Under the pieces are notes generated by a model, which saw only the letters and a list, made by a program, of their open reading frames with translations, had not been told where the DNA came from and made no database searches. Source: the human T2T-CHM13v2.0 reference genome, Homo sapiens. From it: DNA of 64,000 nucleotides. Positions 28,179 through 41,030 of the stretch are shown here, in pieces. Position numbers and translations under genes: made by a program. Location of the stretch: the NCBI RefSeq assembly GCF_009914755.1, contig NC_060930.1. One strand, given 5' to 3'. Each line of letters begins with the position of its first letter. The first letter of the stretch is position 1.

Positions 28179-28725
28179 TGTGTAGCTATATACTTTATTA
28201 AAAAGCATAGATTTTTAAAAATAACATTATAAAAAGCTGTTATAGTTTTTTCAGATTTGTTTTAAAAACTGTCTTCATCGACAATTATCCATAGAATCTT
28301 AATGAAGTCACTTAATAGGATTTTCTTTGAGCAGTTTTGGATAATGTTTTTTATATTTCTTTTAAAGGTAATTTATTCTAATTATAGAAAATATGAAAAA
28401 TACAGAAAAATTCACCTGTTATCCTCCAATTTGAAATAATTACTGTCAACATTGAAGCCTTTTACTCTAGTCTACAGAACTAAACACCACTGCTTTTCAC
28501 CATTCTAAAAATTGTCATTATATTATGATTATATTTGCATATTTTTGACCAATCATTGAAAATATCTTAATGAGTTACATAATATATCCTTTGAAAGTGA
28601 TGTAATTTGTTTAATCATTCTCCTATTGTTGGACATTTGGTTGTGTCTAATTTGACTCTGTTATATATGTTACTAATATAAATAACAGAGTCAAATAGCT
28701 AATATCCTGTGGACATAGATAATTG

Positions 28726-28790
28726 ATTATAGTTTTGATTATATTCTTTGTGTGTGTGTGTGTGTGTCAATTATAGTTTTGATTATATTC

Positions 28791-28841
<51 letters not shown>
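28726..28841. repeat. Compound (GT)n microsatellite with a duplicated 24-bp flank
   Basis: attatagttttgattatattcttt(gt)9 ca attatagttttgattatattcttt(gt)19 followed by (at)5. Confidence 0.95.
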
Positions 28842-28848
28842 GCATTCA

Positions 28849-29202
<354 letters not shown>

Positions 29203-29601
29203 TTAATGCATGCTGTGAAATGACTGTTCAGAAAGGTTTTAAATTAGACCCTCTTCAAGCGATGTGAGAATTTTGCTCTGCCATTGACATCATGTATTAT
29301 TAACTTAAAACAGTTTTTGATCTTTTTATTAGGAATTTGATGTCTTAAGTAGGTAGATGTATTAGGGTTCTCCACAGAAATGGAACTGTGTGTCTGTCTG
29401 TCTTTCTGTCACTTACACACACATGCACACAGACATACACACACTCACACACACACACAGCGAGAGAGAGAGAGAGAGATGGGGGTTATGGAAGTTGACA
29501 AGTCTCAAGATCCGCAGTTGGCAAGTTGAAGACCTGGGAGAGCCAATGTTGTAGTTCTAGTCTGAATCCAAAAGCCTGAAAACCAGAAGAATGATAGTGT
29601 A

Positions 29602-30816
29602 CAAGTTGATGCTTGAAATACACAGGTGTGAACTGCATGGGTCCACTTATATGTGGATTTTTTTCAATAAGTATATTGGAAAATTTTCTGGTGATATGCA
29701 ACAATTTGAAAAAACTTGCAGATGAACCACATAGCCTAGAAATATCGAAAAAGGTAAGAAAAAATTAAGTATATATGAATGTATAAAATATATACTAGTC
29801 TTATTTACTAACATGAGATATACAGAAATCTATTGCAAAAAGTTAAAATTTATCAAAACACATGCACACAAATGTACAGACCATACATGGTGCTATTCCC
29901 AGTAGAGAGAAATGTAAACAAATGTAAAGATGCAGTATTATAACCTACATAAAATTAACTGTAGCACATTCTGTGCTACTATAGTAATTTAATAGCCCCA
30001 CCCTGTTGCTACTGTGGTGAGCCTATAAGTGTTGCAAGTATCTGCTTAAAACGCTCTGTGATGCTAATCATCTCAGCGTAAGCAGCTTGCACAGTAAATT
30101 GTATATTACAGTAAAGTGATCTCTCACAGTTCTCGGGTATTTTTCATCGTGTTCAGTGCAATATCATAAACCTTGAATAACACCATTGGGCTCATAGGAA
30201 GTGTCACTAGTAATGCTGGAAATGCTTCCCCAAACCAGAGAAAAGTAATGATATTACAAGAAACAGTTGAATTGCTTGATATGTAATATAGATTGAGGTC
30301 TCCAGCTAAGGTTGAGTGCCATGTCAGACAGATGGTTCATCTTGTAAATAGATAATGTAAACTTACGGTATCGATCAATGTAGTACAGTACTGTAAATGT
30401 ATTTTCTTATGACTTTCTTTCTCTTTTTGTATTTTTAGTTGAGACGGGGTTTCACCATTTTGGCTAGGCTGGTCTTGAACTCCTGACCTCAGGTGATCTT
30501 CCTGCCTCAGCCTCCCAAAGTGCTGGGATTACAGGTGTGAGCTACTGTGCCTGGCCTATTATGACTTTCTTAATTTTTTTTTCTCCAATTTACTTTATTG
30601 TGAGGTTACAGTGAATATATATAATACAGTGAATATATGTAATATTCAAAATATGTGTTAATCAGCTGTTTATGTTATCAGTAAGGCTTATGGTCAACAG
30701 TAGGGTTTTAGTTGTTAAGTGTTTGGGGAATAAAAAGTTATACATGGATTTTAACTGTATGGGGTGAGGGGTGGAGGTTGTTGCCTATAATCTCTGCATT
30801 GTTCAAGGGTCAGCTT
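29602..30816 (+). mobile_element. Tigger2b-like TcMar DNA transposon derivative
   Basis: TA-flanked degenerate TIRs caagttgatgcttgaa ... ttcaagggtcagctt; ggtccacttatatgtggattt follows the left TIR. Confidence 0.85.
30420..30556 (-). mobile_element. AluS left monomer only
   Basis: Left arm plus linker, flanked by ttatgactttctt at 30407-30419 and 30559-30571. Confidence 0.9.
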
Positions 30817-31132
30817 TAGTTCCAGCTCAAATGCCAACAGCTTTGAGACCCAGGAAGAGGCAATGTTTCAGTTTAAAAAATGAGGCCCCAGTTTAAGGAA
30901 GTCAGACAGAAGGAAATTCCCTCTTACTCACAGGAGGTCAGGCTTTTTGTTCTGTTTAGGCTTTCAACTGATTGGTTGAGAATTATTCACATTAGGTAGG
31001 GCAATCTGCTTTACTTTAACTACCAATTCAAATGTTAATCATATCCAGAAACACCCCCTCAGACACCCCCACTGTAATGTTTGACCAAATGTCTGGGCAT
31101 CTCATGGCCCAGTGAAGAGCTGGGTGGTTGTT

Positions 31133-31447
31133 GTGTTTTGGTTTTTTTTTTTTTTTTTTGAGACAGAGTCTCGCTCTGTCACCCAGGCTGGAGTGCAGTG
31201 GCGCAGTCTTAGCTCACTGCAACCTCTGCCTCCCAGGGTTCAAGCAATTCTCCTGCCTCAGCCTCCCAAGTAGCTGGGATTACAGGCATGCACCACCATG
31301 CTCAGCTAATTTTGTATTTCTAGTAGAGACGGGGTTTCGCCATGTTGCTCAGGCTAGTCTCGAACTCCTGACCTCAGGTGATCCACCCGCCTTGGCCTGC
31401 CAAAGTGCTGGGATTACAAGCGTGAGCTACTGCCACCATGCCCGGCT
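31133..31447 (-). mobile_element. AluS element
   Basis: Full reverse dimer; gagctgggt on both flanks. Confidence 0.95.
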
Positions 31448-32102
31448 GGTGAGCTGGGTTGTTTTGAAGTGAAAAGAGAGAAGTTGAGCTAGCATTTTAG
31501 CTTGGTTTGTGCTGTAAATTGGGAGAAGAAAAAGGAAAGTAGAGAGGGAAAACCAGCTGCACCAGCCTATGTGGACACTTACCCTGAGTACTAAGTCTTT
31601 GGCTTGGACACTTGTTCATTGACCTGCCTTCTTTTATGTACATCTGGAATAGCCTGTGTAGCAATATCATCAGTAGTCTTTTTTTTAACTTGTATGTTTA
31701 AATTTTTTTATTATGGAATTTTTATTTTGCAATGCAAACTTTTTTTCAAAAATTCTTATAAAAGAAAATAAATAATTTTTTAGTTTTCTAGATAACATAT
31801 AGTCTATATTTTTATTAGCTTATTAATTACAGCAAATGTTATTTTGACTAAAGGATTATAAGACACATTTCTGACTTTCTATGACTATTTAGTGTTCTGT
31901 TGTTACATAGTCCGTATTGTAAATGTTCATGTTTTTCTCAGCTATATCGTTTACATGTTTTTTCAATGACATGTAATAAACTAAGGCATACTAAATTACA
32001 ATATTCTCTAATTGAACCATTGTATCTATTTGTTAAGTGATACATACAATTAAAAATATTCTTAAGAGGTATAAAAATTGTTGGCTTAAAATACTGCTTA
32101 TA

Positions 32103-32427
<325 letters not shown>

Positions 32428-33219
32428 TTAGGATGATTATAGAAGATGTTAAACATTTTTTATAGTGCTAATTAAAGGACTTGGGTGTTGAACCCAGCTC
32501 GAATGATTTGAAATAACAGCTTCTGTTTGGACAGCTTATGTCCTAACAGTGTAAGAAAAATGATGTGGTAACAGTCAATTTCAACTGGAATTTTTCTGTA
32601 CTATTGTTTCCCAAATGATCATAATGTCTGATTTCTTTCTCTTAATATTTGTGTCCTCATTGTGACTTATTTGAGATGCATTGCTATGTGAGTCTGAGCA
32701 AATATTTTGGGTACTTAGCCAGTACTTTTGAGTCAGCAGAGACTGGTATAATATCTCCAGCAATTTTGAGCTCTAACTCTGCAGCTACAACTACCTTTCC
32801 TAGATATACTGCCTGGAACAAAATATTTCTTTACCCTAACTTCTAATGCAGCTCTGTTCTTGAATTGACTGCCTGATCGGTATCTGTCTCTTCCTCCCAT
32901 CTTTACTTACCTGTGCCTGTTGCAGGCATTTTTTTTTTTAACACTTTGCTTTTAAAACTAATGTTATACTTAATGTTGGAGGGGAATGTGTTGTCTGTAT
33001 TCTAAAATAATTTACACCTGTATTAGTGTTTGTAACTGTCATCCAAAGTATAAATATTAAAGTATTGTGTCTCTAGATACCTTTTATTAAGGTTAAGCAG
33101 TTTTTGTGTTATAATGCACATAATTTCTGTTATAAACATTTTTGAGTAGTAATAATGGATTGTGGAAGCAGCTTAAGGTTCTGATGCCCACTGTTATTTT
33201 TTTATTAGGAATTTGATGT

Positions 33220-33669
33220 TGTAAGAGTTAAAGAAGGAGGAAAGAAACACGAAAAGCAGCTCAACAGTCAAAGACAGGTTTATTTTGGAGAATAAACCTG
33301 AGTGGGGCTTCTGGCCGAGTTTGGTCAGTAATGCTGTCTCTTACAGACTGAGAGTATTTATTGGTGAGAGAGCTTGGAATGTTTCTGTGTGGGGGAGAAG
33401 TTTATGGCGGGGTTGGAATGTCTCTGGTCGGAGAGGAGATTATGTTGGGGCTGACATCTCTCCAGCTGGAGGGGAGGTTATCTCGGGGCTGGCATGTCTC
33501 TGGTCAGGGAGGGGTTTGGCGTGTTTCTGGTCACAGATGTTATTTGTGGTTTATGGTCATGCTGACTTTAGCCATCAAGCTGATGCCCTTTGGATTTAGG
33601 AAGTTTTTGATCAACATAAATTTTAAAATGATGGTGCTTGTCCAAGATGGCAATGCTCCTGCTCTGTCA
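33220..33669 (-). mobile_element. MER61-type ERV1 solo LTR
   Basis: Minus strand starts TGACAGAGCAGGAGCATTGCCATCTTGGACAAGC and ends in TACA; direct repeat GATGT at 33215-33219 and 33670-33674. Confidence 0.88.
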
Positions 33670-33879
33670 GATGTATTAAGTGAGTCCTATATATGTAAAA
33701 ATTAGCCATCTGTCTATAAAATGCTTATTCAGAGTTACTAGTTTGGATTATTTTTCTTGCCTTTTGAAACTATTTTCCGGCTAGCATATATATTCCAATA
33801 AATGATATTGGTTACTTGCTACCAGATTATGTTCTTTTAATTTTGGGTGCTTATGACTACCTTATATTTATTGCTTATT

Positions 33880-34025
33880 TATTCATTTATTATCTGTATC
33901 CTACAATTAGAATGTAAACTATATAAAAGCAGGTATCTTGTCTTTCTTGTTGCCTGCTGCATGTTCAGGCACCTAGAACAGTGCCTGACTCATAGCAGGC
34001 ACTCAATAAATGTTTATTGAATAAA
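33880..34025 (+). mobile_element. L2a 3' end
   Basis: acctagaacagtgcctgactcatagcaggcactcaataaatgtttattgaat. Confidence 0.8.
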
Positions 34026-34605
34026 CTAATACATGGAAATTTCCATATTATTTACATAGAAATAAATTTTCATACATGTTCATAGATATTATTTATTTAT
34101 ATTTTGCTGAATACATGGTAAATTCTACCAAATCTTTAAAGTTTAGCTTTCGATATGAGAAAAAATAATCTTTATCTGTTTTGGTTCTTTTTAGATAGAG
34201 CTGTTTCTAACAAGTTATAGAATTTAAGTCATTTTAGTTGCTTTTTTATTTCTAAGAGCAGTAGATCTCAGCATCAGCATCATTTGGGAATATGTTAGAA
34301 ATATAGATTCCCAGAATCAAATTTGTTGTCGTCCATGTATTTTTCTAAATCAAAATATGGATTGGTAGAATATACAAATATACAAATATTTAACATAGTA
34401 TCATATTACGATTCTTATAAAAAGTACAGAGAAATATATTTCTGTGTATATGTATATACATAGATACATACATATGTACATATTCCATCTACTTGGCATA
34501 GTTCAGCCGATTTTTATTGTGTGTTTATCATGAACATATACCATTCTGAAGATACTGAAATAAAAGAAACAGCCCTTATTTATGAAGACTTTCCAAGACC
34601 TTATT

Positions 34606-34912
<307 letters not shown>

Positions 34913-36418
34913 CCTCCAAGACCTTATTCACGAGAGTCTTCCAAGAGATTTATTTGGAAAAACCAGATAAATACAAATGTACAGACAGAGAAAGAAGGGA
35001 ATTTCATGTTAAAGGGACAACATTTTAAAGGACCTTAAAGTGTAGTCCATCCTGTAGGTGGTAGGAACCTGAACTGTACCAGTGTAATTGTGGCAAGAGG
35101 GGAGTCTGGAGACATAGATCTTTTAGCCTAATTACTAAAGATAGATTGAATTAGTAGGCCAGTAGGAACTGGTCTTGTTGGGTAGGTAGGTGCCAACCAG
35201 GATCCTGTCAGCCAGGATAGGGTCAATTGGTAACTGGAATTTAGTCAAATATGTGTAGTTTCACAACTTTGAATATTTACTAAAATAATATAATGAATGT
35301 TGGATGCTATGCAGGTTTACTGAAAAGCGGAAAATAGTATGAGTAAAGTTTCCACTTGGTTCAAATTAATTTCGCCTAACTTTGGATTTCTGATTATATA
35401 GGCCAACATTGATTTTTAAGAAACTATTTTGCTTTAAAGCAAATTTAAAAATTTTAATCTACTTGGTTATAGTTTAATTGAGAACGAAGGAATTGGAAAA
35501 CAGTTCCAAAACACGATGGTAAAAAGGAAAGTATTATTAAGGTGATGTGGAGTAAGAAAGTTGTTAGAGTGGATCGTGTTAGAGACCAATCTAGAATTAA
35601 GATTTGGAGAAAGTGAATGACATGGGTTAGTCGAGAAAGAAATGAGAGCAAGAATACACAGTGAACAAGGAATGAGGGGAAAGTACACAAAACATCGTTA
35701 ACTCTTCCATTATTTTCTTTATTTTTATAATTATTTTAATAAAATAATTTTACAGTAATAATTCTTCCATTTATTACTCATTCACTTAGGCTTTTTATTA
35801 CCTGTTTTTGGGATTGTTGTGGTTTTGACTGTTGTGATTTAAAATTCTCCATTTCCAGACTTTTTGTAATTTACCTTCTCAGTATATTTGAATACTGTTT
35901 TATTTAGATGCATATTATACTTGAGGATAGAGATTTCAGTATTAAAACATCAACCATTTCCAAGAGAACATTCCATTGTTGTATGATCTTATAGCAAACC
36001 AATTGCTTTTCACAGCATACCTTACTCCAAAAAACATTGGTTTCATAATGTAGGGTTTTTATTCTTAAATTGTTGAATTTGAATATTGATATATTTAAAA
36101 TGTTAAAATAAAGCTCTTTGAGTTAACGCTTGTCAGTGAAGGATGGAGAAATTTGAAAATTGCACTTAGGTTGCTGAATCAGATTTTTTGGATTTGTGAA
36201 TGATTCACAAGAAGTATTTAAAGTTTTGAACGTCTTATTCCTTAAATAATTTCCTGTATTTCTGAAATAAATGCACCTATGCTTTATACAAATAAAATTT
36301 AATTAGTCAGAGTAAAGTTTTTCATGTTTTTCTTAGTTGTAATTATAATTTACAAGCCTGTCTACCTGAAAAAAGCATCACCCTGGGTGCAAGAGATATA
36401 AAATCAAACCTTTATTTA

Positions 36419-36660
36419 TTTATTTTTTATTTTTAAAATTTCAACTTTTATTTTAGATATAGGGGGTACATGTGCAGGTTTGTTACCTGAGTATATTTTG
36501 TGCTGCGACGTCATCTCCCAGATAGTGAGCATAGTACCCAATAGGTAGTTTTTCAGTCCATCCTCCCTTCCACTTCTAGTAGTCCTCCGTGTCTATTGGT
36601 CCTATCTCTATGTCTGTGGGTGCTCGATGTTTAGCTCCCACTTATACGTGACAGCATGCA
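36419..36660 (-). mobile_element. Heavily 5'-truncated primate L1 (older L1PA/L1PB) 3' UTR
   Basis: gggggtacatgtgcaggtttgttac...tttagctcccacttata; TSD caaacct(t/c)tattta at 36405 and 36661. Confidence 0.88.
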
Positions 36661-37113
36661 CAAACCTCTATTTAAAGTATGAATACCATGAAAATATTCT
36701 TTTACTTGGCACTTGGATATTAAATCACTTCGGCGACTAGCTTTGTTAAGTATTACATTGAACTGGATAATTCTTCTAATAAATTCAAAGCATGTGTCCT
36801 GTCAGATTGCTCATAGTGTTGTTATTCTGAATTGCTTTAAGCTGGTTTTATTGGATATTAAGTACAACATTGATAATGCACATTTTCTGTAGCTGTGGTT
36901 TCTGTCCTTGATGACAGCATGCTTAAGGTCTATTATATGTTGTTATAATTGGGTCAAGGAACATTTAGCACTGTTTTCTTCCAGAATCTAGCTTGCGTCA
37001 AGACTAAGAACAAACTTGTGTTGTTAAAAATTGACTACTGAAGGATTAAATATTTGGCTGGTGGGATGTGAGTATATGAAACATTTATTGTTAGGATTTT
37101 TTATTTCAGAGAC

Positions 37114-37257
37114 CAGTAGATCTCAGCATCAGCATCATTTGGGAATTTGTTAGAAATGTGGAATCTCAGAATCAAGTTCTGGGGTCAGGGCCCACAATTG
37201 GTGGTTTAACAAATCATCCAGATGAAATTGATGCACACTAAAGATTCAGAACCACTG
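37114..37257 (+). mobile_element. MER5A-like hAT MITE with internal deletions
   Basis: cagcatcagcatcatttgggaatttgttagaaatg...tgatgcacactaaagattcagaaccactg. Confidence 0.8.
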
Positions 37258-37272
37258 TTTTAACTACTACCC

Positions 37273-37437
37273 TGTCATAGTCCATTTTCTAGTGCTTATC
37301 ACAGAATATCTGAAAGTGGGTAATTTATAAAGAAGAGAAATTTATTTCTTCTAGTTATGACTGAGGAGTCCCAGGTCATGGGGCTGCATCTGTTGAGAGC
37401 CTCCTTACTTGTGGGGACTCTCTGAGAAGTGCCAAAG
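37273..37437 (-). mobile_element. MST LTR fragment
   Basis: Closely similar to the element at 18964 (acagaatatctgaaa...ggtaatttataaag); ORFs 37299 and 18982 are homologous. Confidence 0.8.
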
Positions 37438-38994
37438 TTAGAGCAGGAGTGCCAAAAGTTAGAGCAGGAACCAGATTTCCTGGTCTTAGCATACAAGAAA
37501 ATGGAGGCGATGGGAATAGAGTGTGCGTTTCTAAAGTTTAAGAAGTCAGGAAGGAAAGAAATAGAGCATACTAGGTACAGAGGGTGACTGTGCCAAGCAA
37601 GGTTTTCAAGTTGGGGTGGGCAGGAGCAGTAAAACTCATGGAAATGGAGGATGTGCTGAGAATACTTGAGGAAACAAGGCCTGAGGAGATGGAAAGAGAA
37701 TTTAAAACATTTATCTATTATGTGATTATTATAATATGAACCTCTGTTTCCTATGTGATGTTCCCTGAGTGTAGAATTTGTTTCTTTCTTACTGTGATAT
37801 ACCCAGCACTTGAGATGGTACTGACAGATTGTATATGCTTAGTAAAATTTGTTGAATGACTGAAAGAATTGCATTGGGAGTTTAGTTTATCTCACACCTG
37901 ATGGATATATGAAAAATTATGAATTGGTAAAGGAGTGTTTAAAAGTAGAAAGAAGAGCTGTGGGAGCTCACATCCACTGCTCATCTTTCCAATAAAGTAG
38001 GCAGGGGAATTGCTTACCAGAAGGATTTGGCGTATTTAGGGCTTAAAGAAAGTTGAAGAGTCTAGAATAACACCTTCCATAAGTGTGCTAAGGCATTAAC
38101 TAATAAAAAAAAAAAAGATTGCTAAGCTACAGAATGGTTACAGTTTGAGTTCCTAGCATATGCTAGGCACTATAACTAATATTCTACATACACAATTTTA
38201 TGGAATCCTTAAAACCATCTTAGGAGATAAGTATTATTTATGTCGAGTTTACTAATGAAAAAACAGTACTAGGCTATAAATTTGTAACTGGCTAAGCCAG
38301 CACTATTATGTTGCTTTCTCTAGCAGTGTCTTATGGCCTTAGAGCAAAAGCAGAGATGGCATAAGGTAAAATTTATTCAGGTTTAGGGGTTAGCAAAGCA
38401 GGCATGCTGCTTTAAATTCTTCCTATGTTTTCTGTTTAATTTAATCTCACACCACCACCATGAGGTAAATATTATCTTCGTTCGATGGAGAGTTTAATGT
38501 GTTTTCCTCAGGCAGCAAAGGTGGCACATGATCAAACCTGGGTTAGACCCAGGTCTATTTTATTCCAAACCCTGAACTTCCCCCAGTACTCGCAGAAGGA
38601 AGACTAGACTTAGTGTTTAGGTTGACACTGATAATGATAACTATGTAAACTTCAGAGAACACAATTAACAATAGAGATTTTTCAGTTCTTGAGGACAATA
38701 GTAATGTCTGCTAAAATATTGCAAAGAATTAAGTATATATGTGAAATACTATGTAATCTATAATGTACTAAAGAAATATTGAATAATTTTAAAATGTTGA
38801 TAAAGGGGTTATTCTATATCATTCACATTTTCTCAATATATTTGTAAACTTGTTAACTTCTAGACACAAATATTAGTTTTCTAATTGCCTATGTTTTGGT
38901 TTTTCTTTCAAAGAAAAGCTTGTTTTGTTTGAATGTTCGTGTTAGTGAGATCCTAGGAAAGTAATTTGAATGTAATGAAAAAAATAGTTTCTTA

Positions 38995-39289
<295 letters not shown>

Positions 39290-40759
39290 GTTTCTTGCAA
39301 AAATAGTCTAATCTTTGTCATTATTATTTTTGGGCAGCAATTTTAAAGGTACTCTTAACAGCTACAAAGTCATCTAAAACATATTTTTGAAGCTTTATTG
39401 CAGTGAAATTTGTTATATTCTCTCTTATAAATATTTTGGTGTATAATAAAGATATGTGTATGTTAAGGGTTTAATTCTTCTCTTGATGCTTTCCATAGCA
39501 TGTGGAATACCAATTCTAGATTATACAGTATAAGAATTAATATTTAAACATTGACTTGAACAGGTTGGGCTTGCTTTCATGAATTGTCAAGAGGCTAGCT
39601 AGTCAAAATTCAAATTAAATTATGTATTGGGTTAAGTCTATCATTAGAATAAAACAGGTGTTATTATCCTTCTCCTAACACTATTCTGGCAAAAATTAGC
39701 TTTAGTAAATTTAATTGCTCTTGATGTTGTACTCCAAATACTTTTTAATTCTTAAATTATGGAAATAAGATAAAAAATAGAAGACTTCAACTCTGTTATT
39801 CATTTATAAATGTCATTTTGCCAGTGATACCTTATGGATTATGCTGATATATTAAAATGAGATTAAAAAAATAAAATGACATTTTATTCAACATTTTAAA
39901 AGGTGGGTCAAATTTTTGTTGCTAATATATGTGGTACTCTTAGGGGAAAATGACAATAAAATATGTATCTTCTTAAAAAGATGCCAGTTTAAGATATCAA
40001 GAGTATGTTTTAATTGGCCATGTCTCTGGACAAATTGGGTACGTATAAGCTCCAAAATGGGTCAGACTTCTGATACTGAAGGATTTTTCTTTGGAAGATT
40101 TATTAATATTAGGAATCTCAGGGGCTTGAAGTGTGGGGCAAGTATATTCTTGGCTTTCTTTAACAACCTGTTGTGTGTTTGTCACCCATCTTTTGCCTGT
40201 AAATCTTTGTTGAATTTATTATTTTGTTTTTACTTAAAAAATTACTTTGAACCATCTTTCCAGTTTGTTTACTTCTATGTAAAGTAGGATTTTATTTTAT
40301 TTAAAAAATAACCAGACAGTTATTTTGCACCTGCCTGTGTGCATTACTCTTTATAGTAAGAGAATATATAAGTTTAAACTGTTGTGGGGACCCAGAGAAT
40401 GGTTGTGCTTTAATAGTGCGATTGTTGTTGTTGTATGCAGCTCAATCAGAAAAGCAGGAATCCTAATCAGGAAAGGGCTAGAGGGATGTTTACTCAAGGG
40501 GAAATCTAGATGGTTACTGTTCTGTATTGATAAGAATGTCACCTGTTAAGTGAAGTCAGCCTTTTAATTCAGAATAAGTTCAGAGAAGGAGACACAAAAA
40601 CTCAGATTTAAAAAATTTGAATGGTAAGGATGATATTGATTAGGCACCCTAAGAAGTAGATTGCTTTTCGACTTTGATCCCAGAATAAGCTTGTCATTTT
40701 CTTTTGTACTATCTCAGACATAACCTGCCTTTTCCTAGGGGACTGTTTAAAGAGTGTAT

Positions 40760-41030
40760 TTTGTTCATCCATTCAACAAACATTGAGTATCTACTATGTC
40801 CCAGGTGGTCTTCTAGCTACTAGAGGTATAGCAGCAGTGAACAATATAGAAAAAAAAAAAATTAAAACTCTGGAGCTTACATTCTGGTTGAGGAGAGACA
40901 GTAAACAAGTAAGTGAATTATTGATATATTACTTGGTGATTACTGCTATGAAGAAATTTTTTCATGAAGAAGATAGGGAATGCTGTTTAGTGCCTGGATG
41001 TGGTTTTAAATAGGGTGGTCATGGAAGGCT
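40760..41030 (-). mobile_element. L2 3' end
   Basis: ttcatccattcaacaaacattgagtatctactatgtcccagg...ggagcttacattctggtt. Confidence 0.75.

Larger units (their letters stand above)
29358..31115 (-). mobile_element. MLT2B-type (ERVL) LTR, interrupted by a Tigger2-type element
   Basis: tgtattagggttctcc start; resumes at 30819 (gttccagctc...ggcaatctgctttac...gaccaaatgtctgggca); contains (CA)n(GA)n at 29415-29479. Confidence 0.85.

Noticed and set aside
33480-33530. p53 response element in the MER61 LTR
   Set aside because: The family is known to carry p53 sites, but I see only one imperfect half-site (AGACATGCCA on the minus strand), not a tandem pair.
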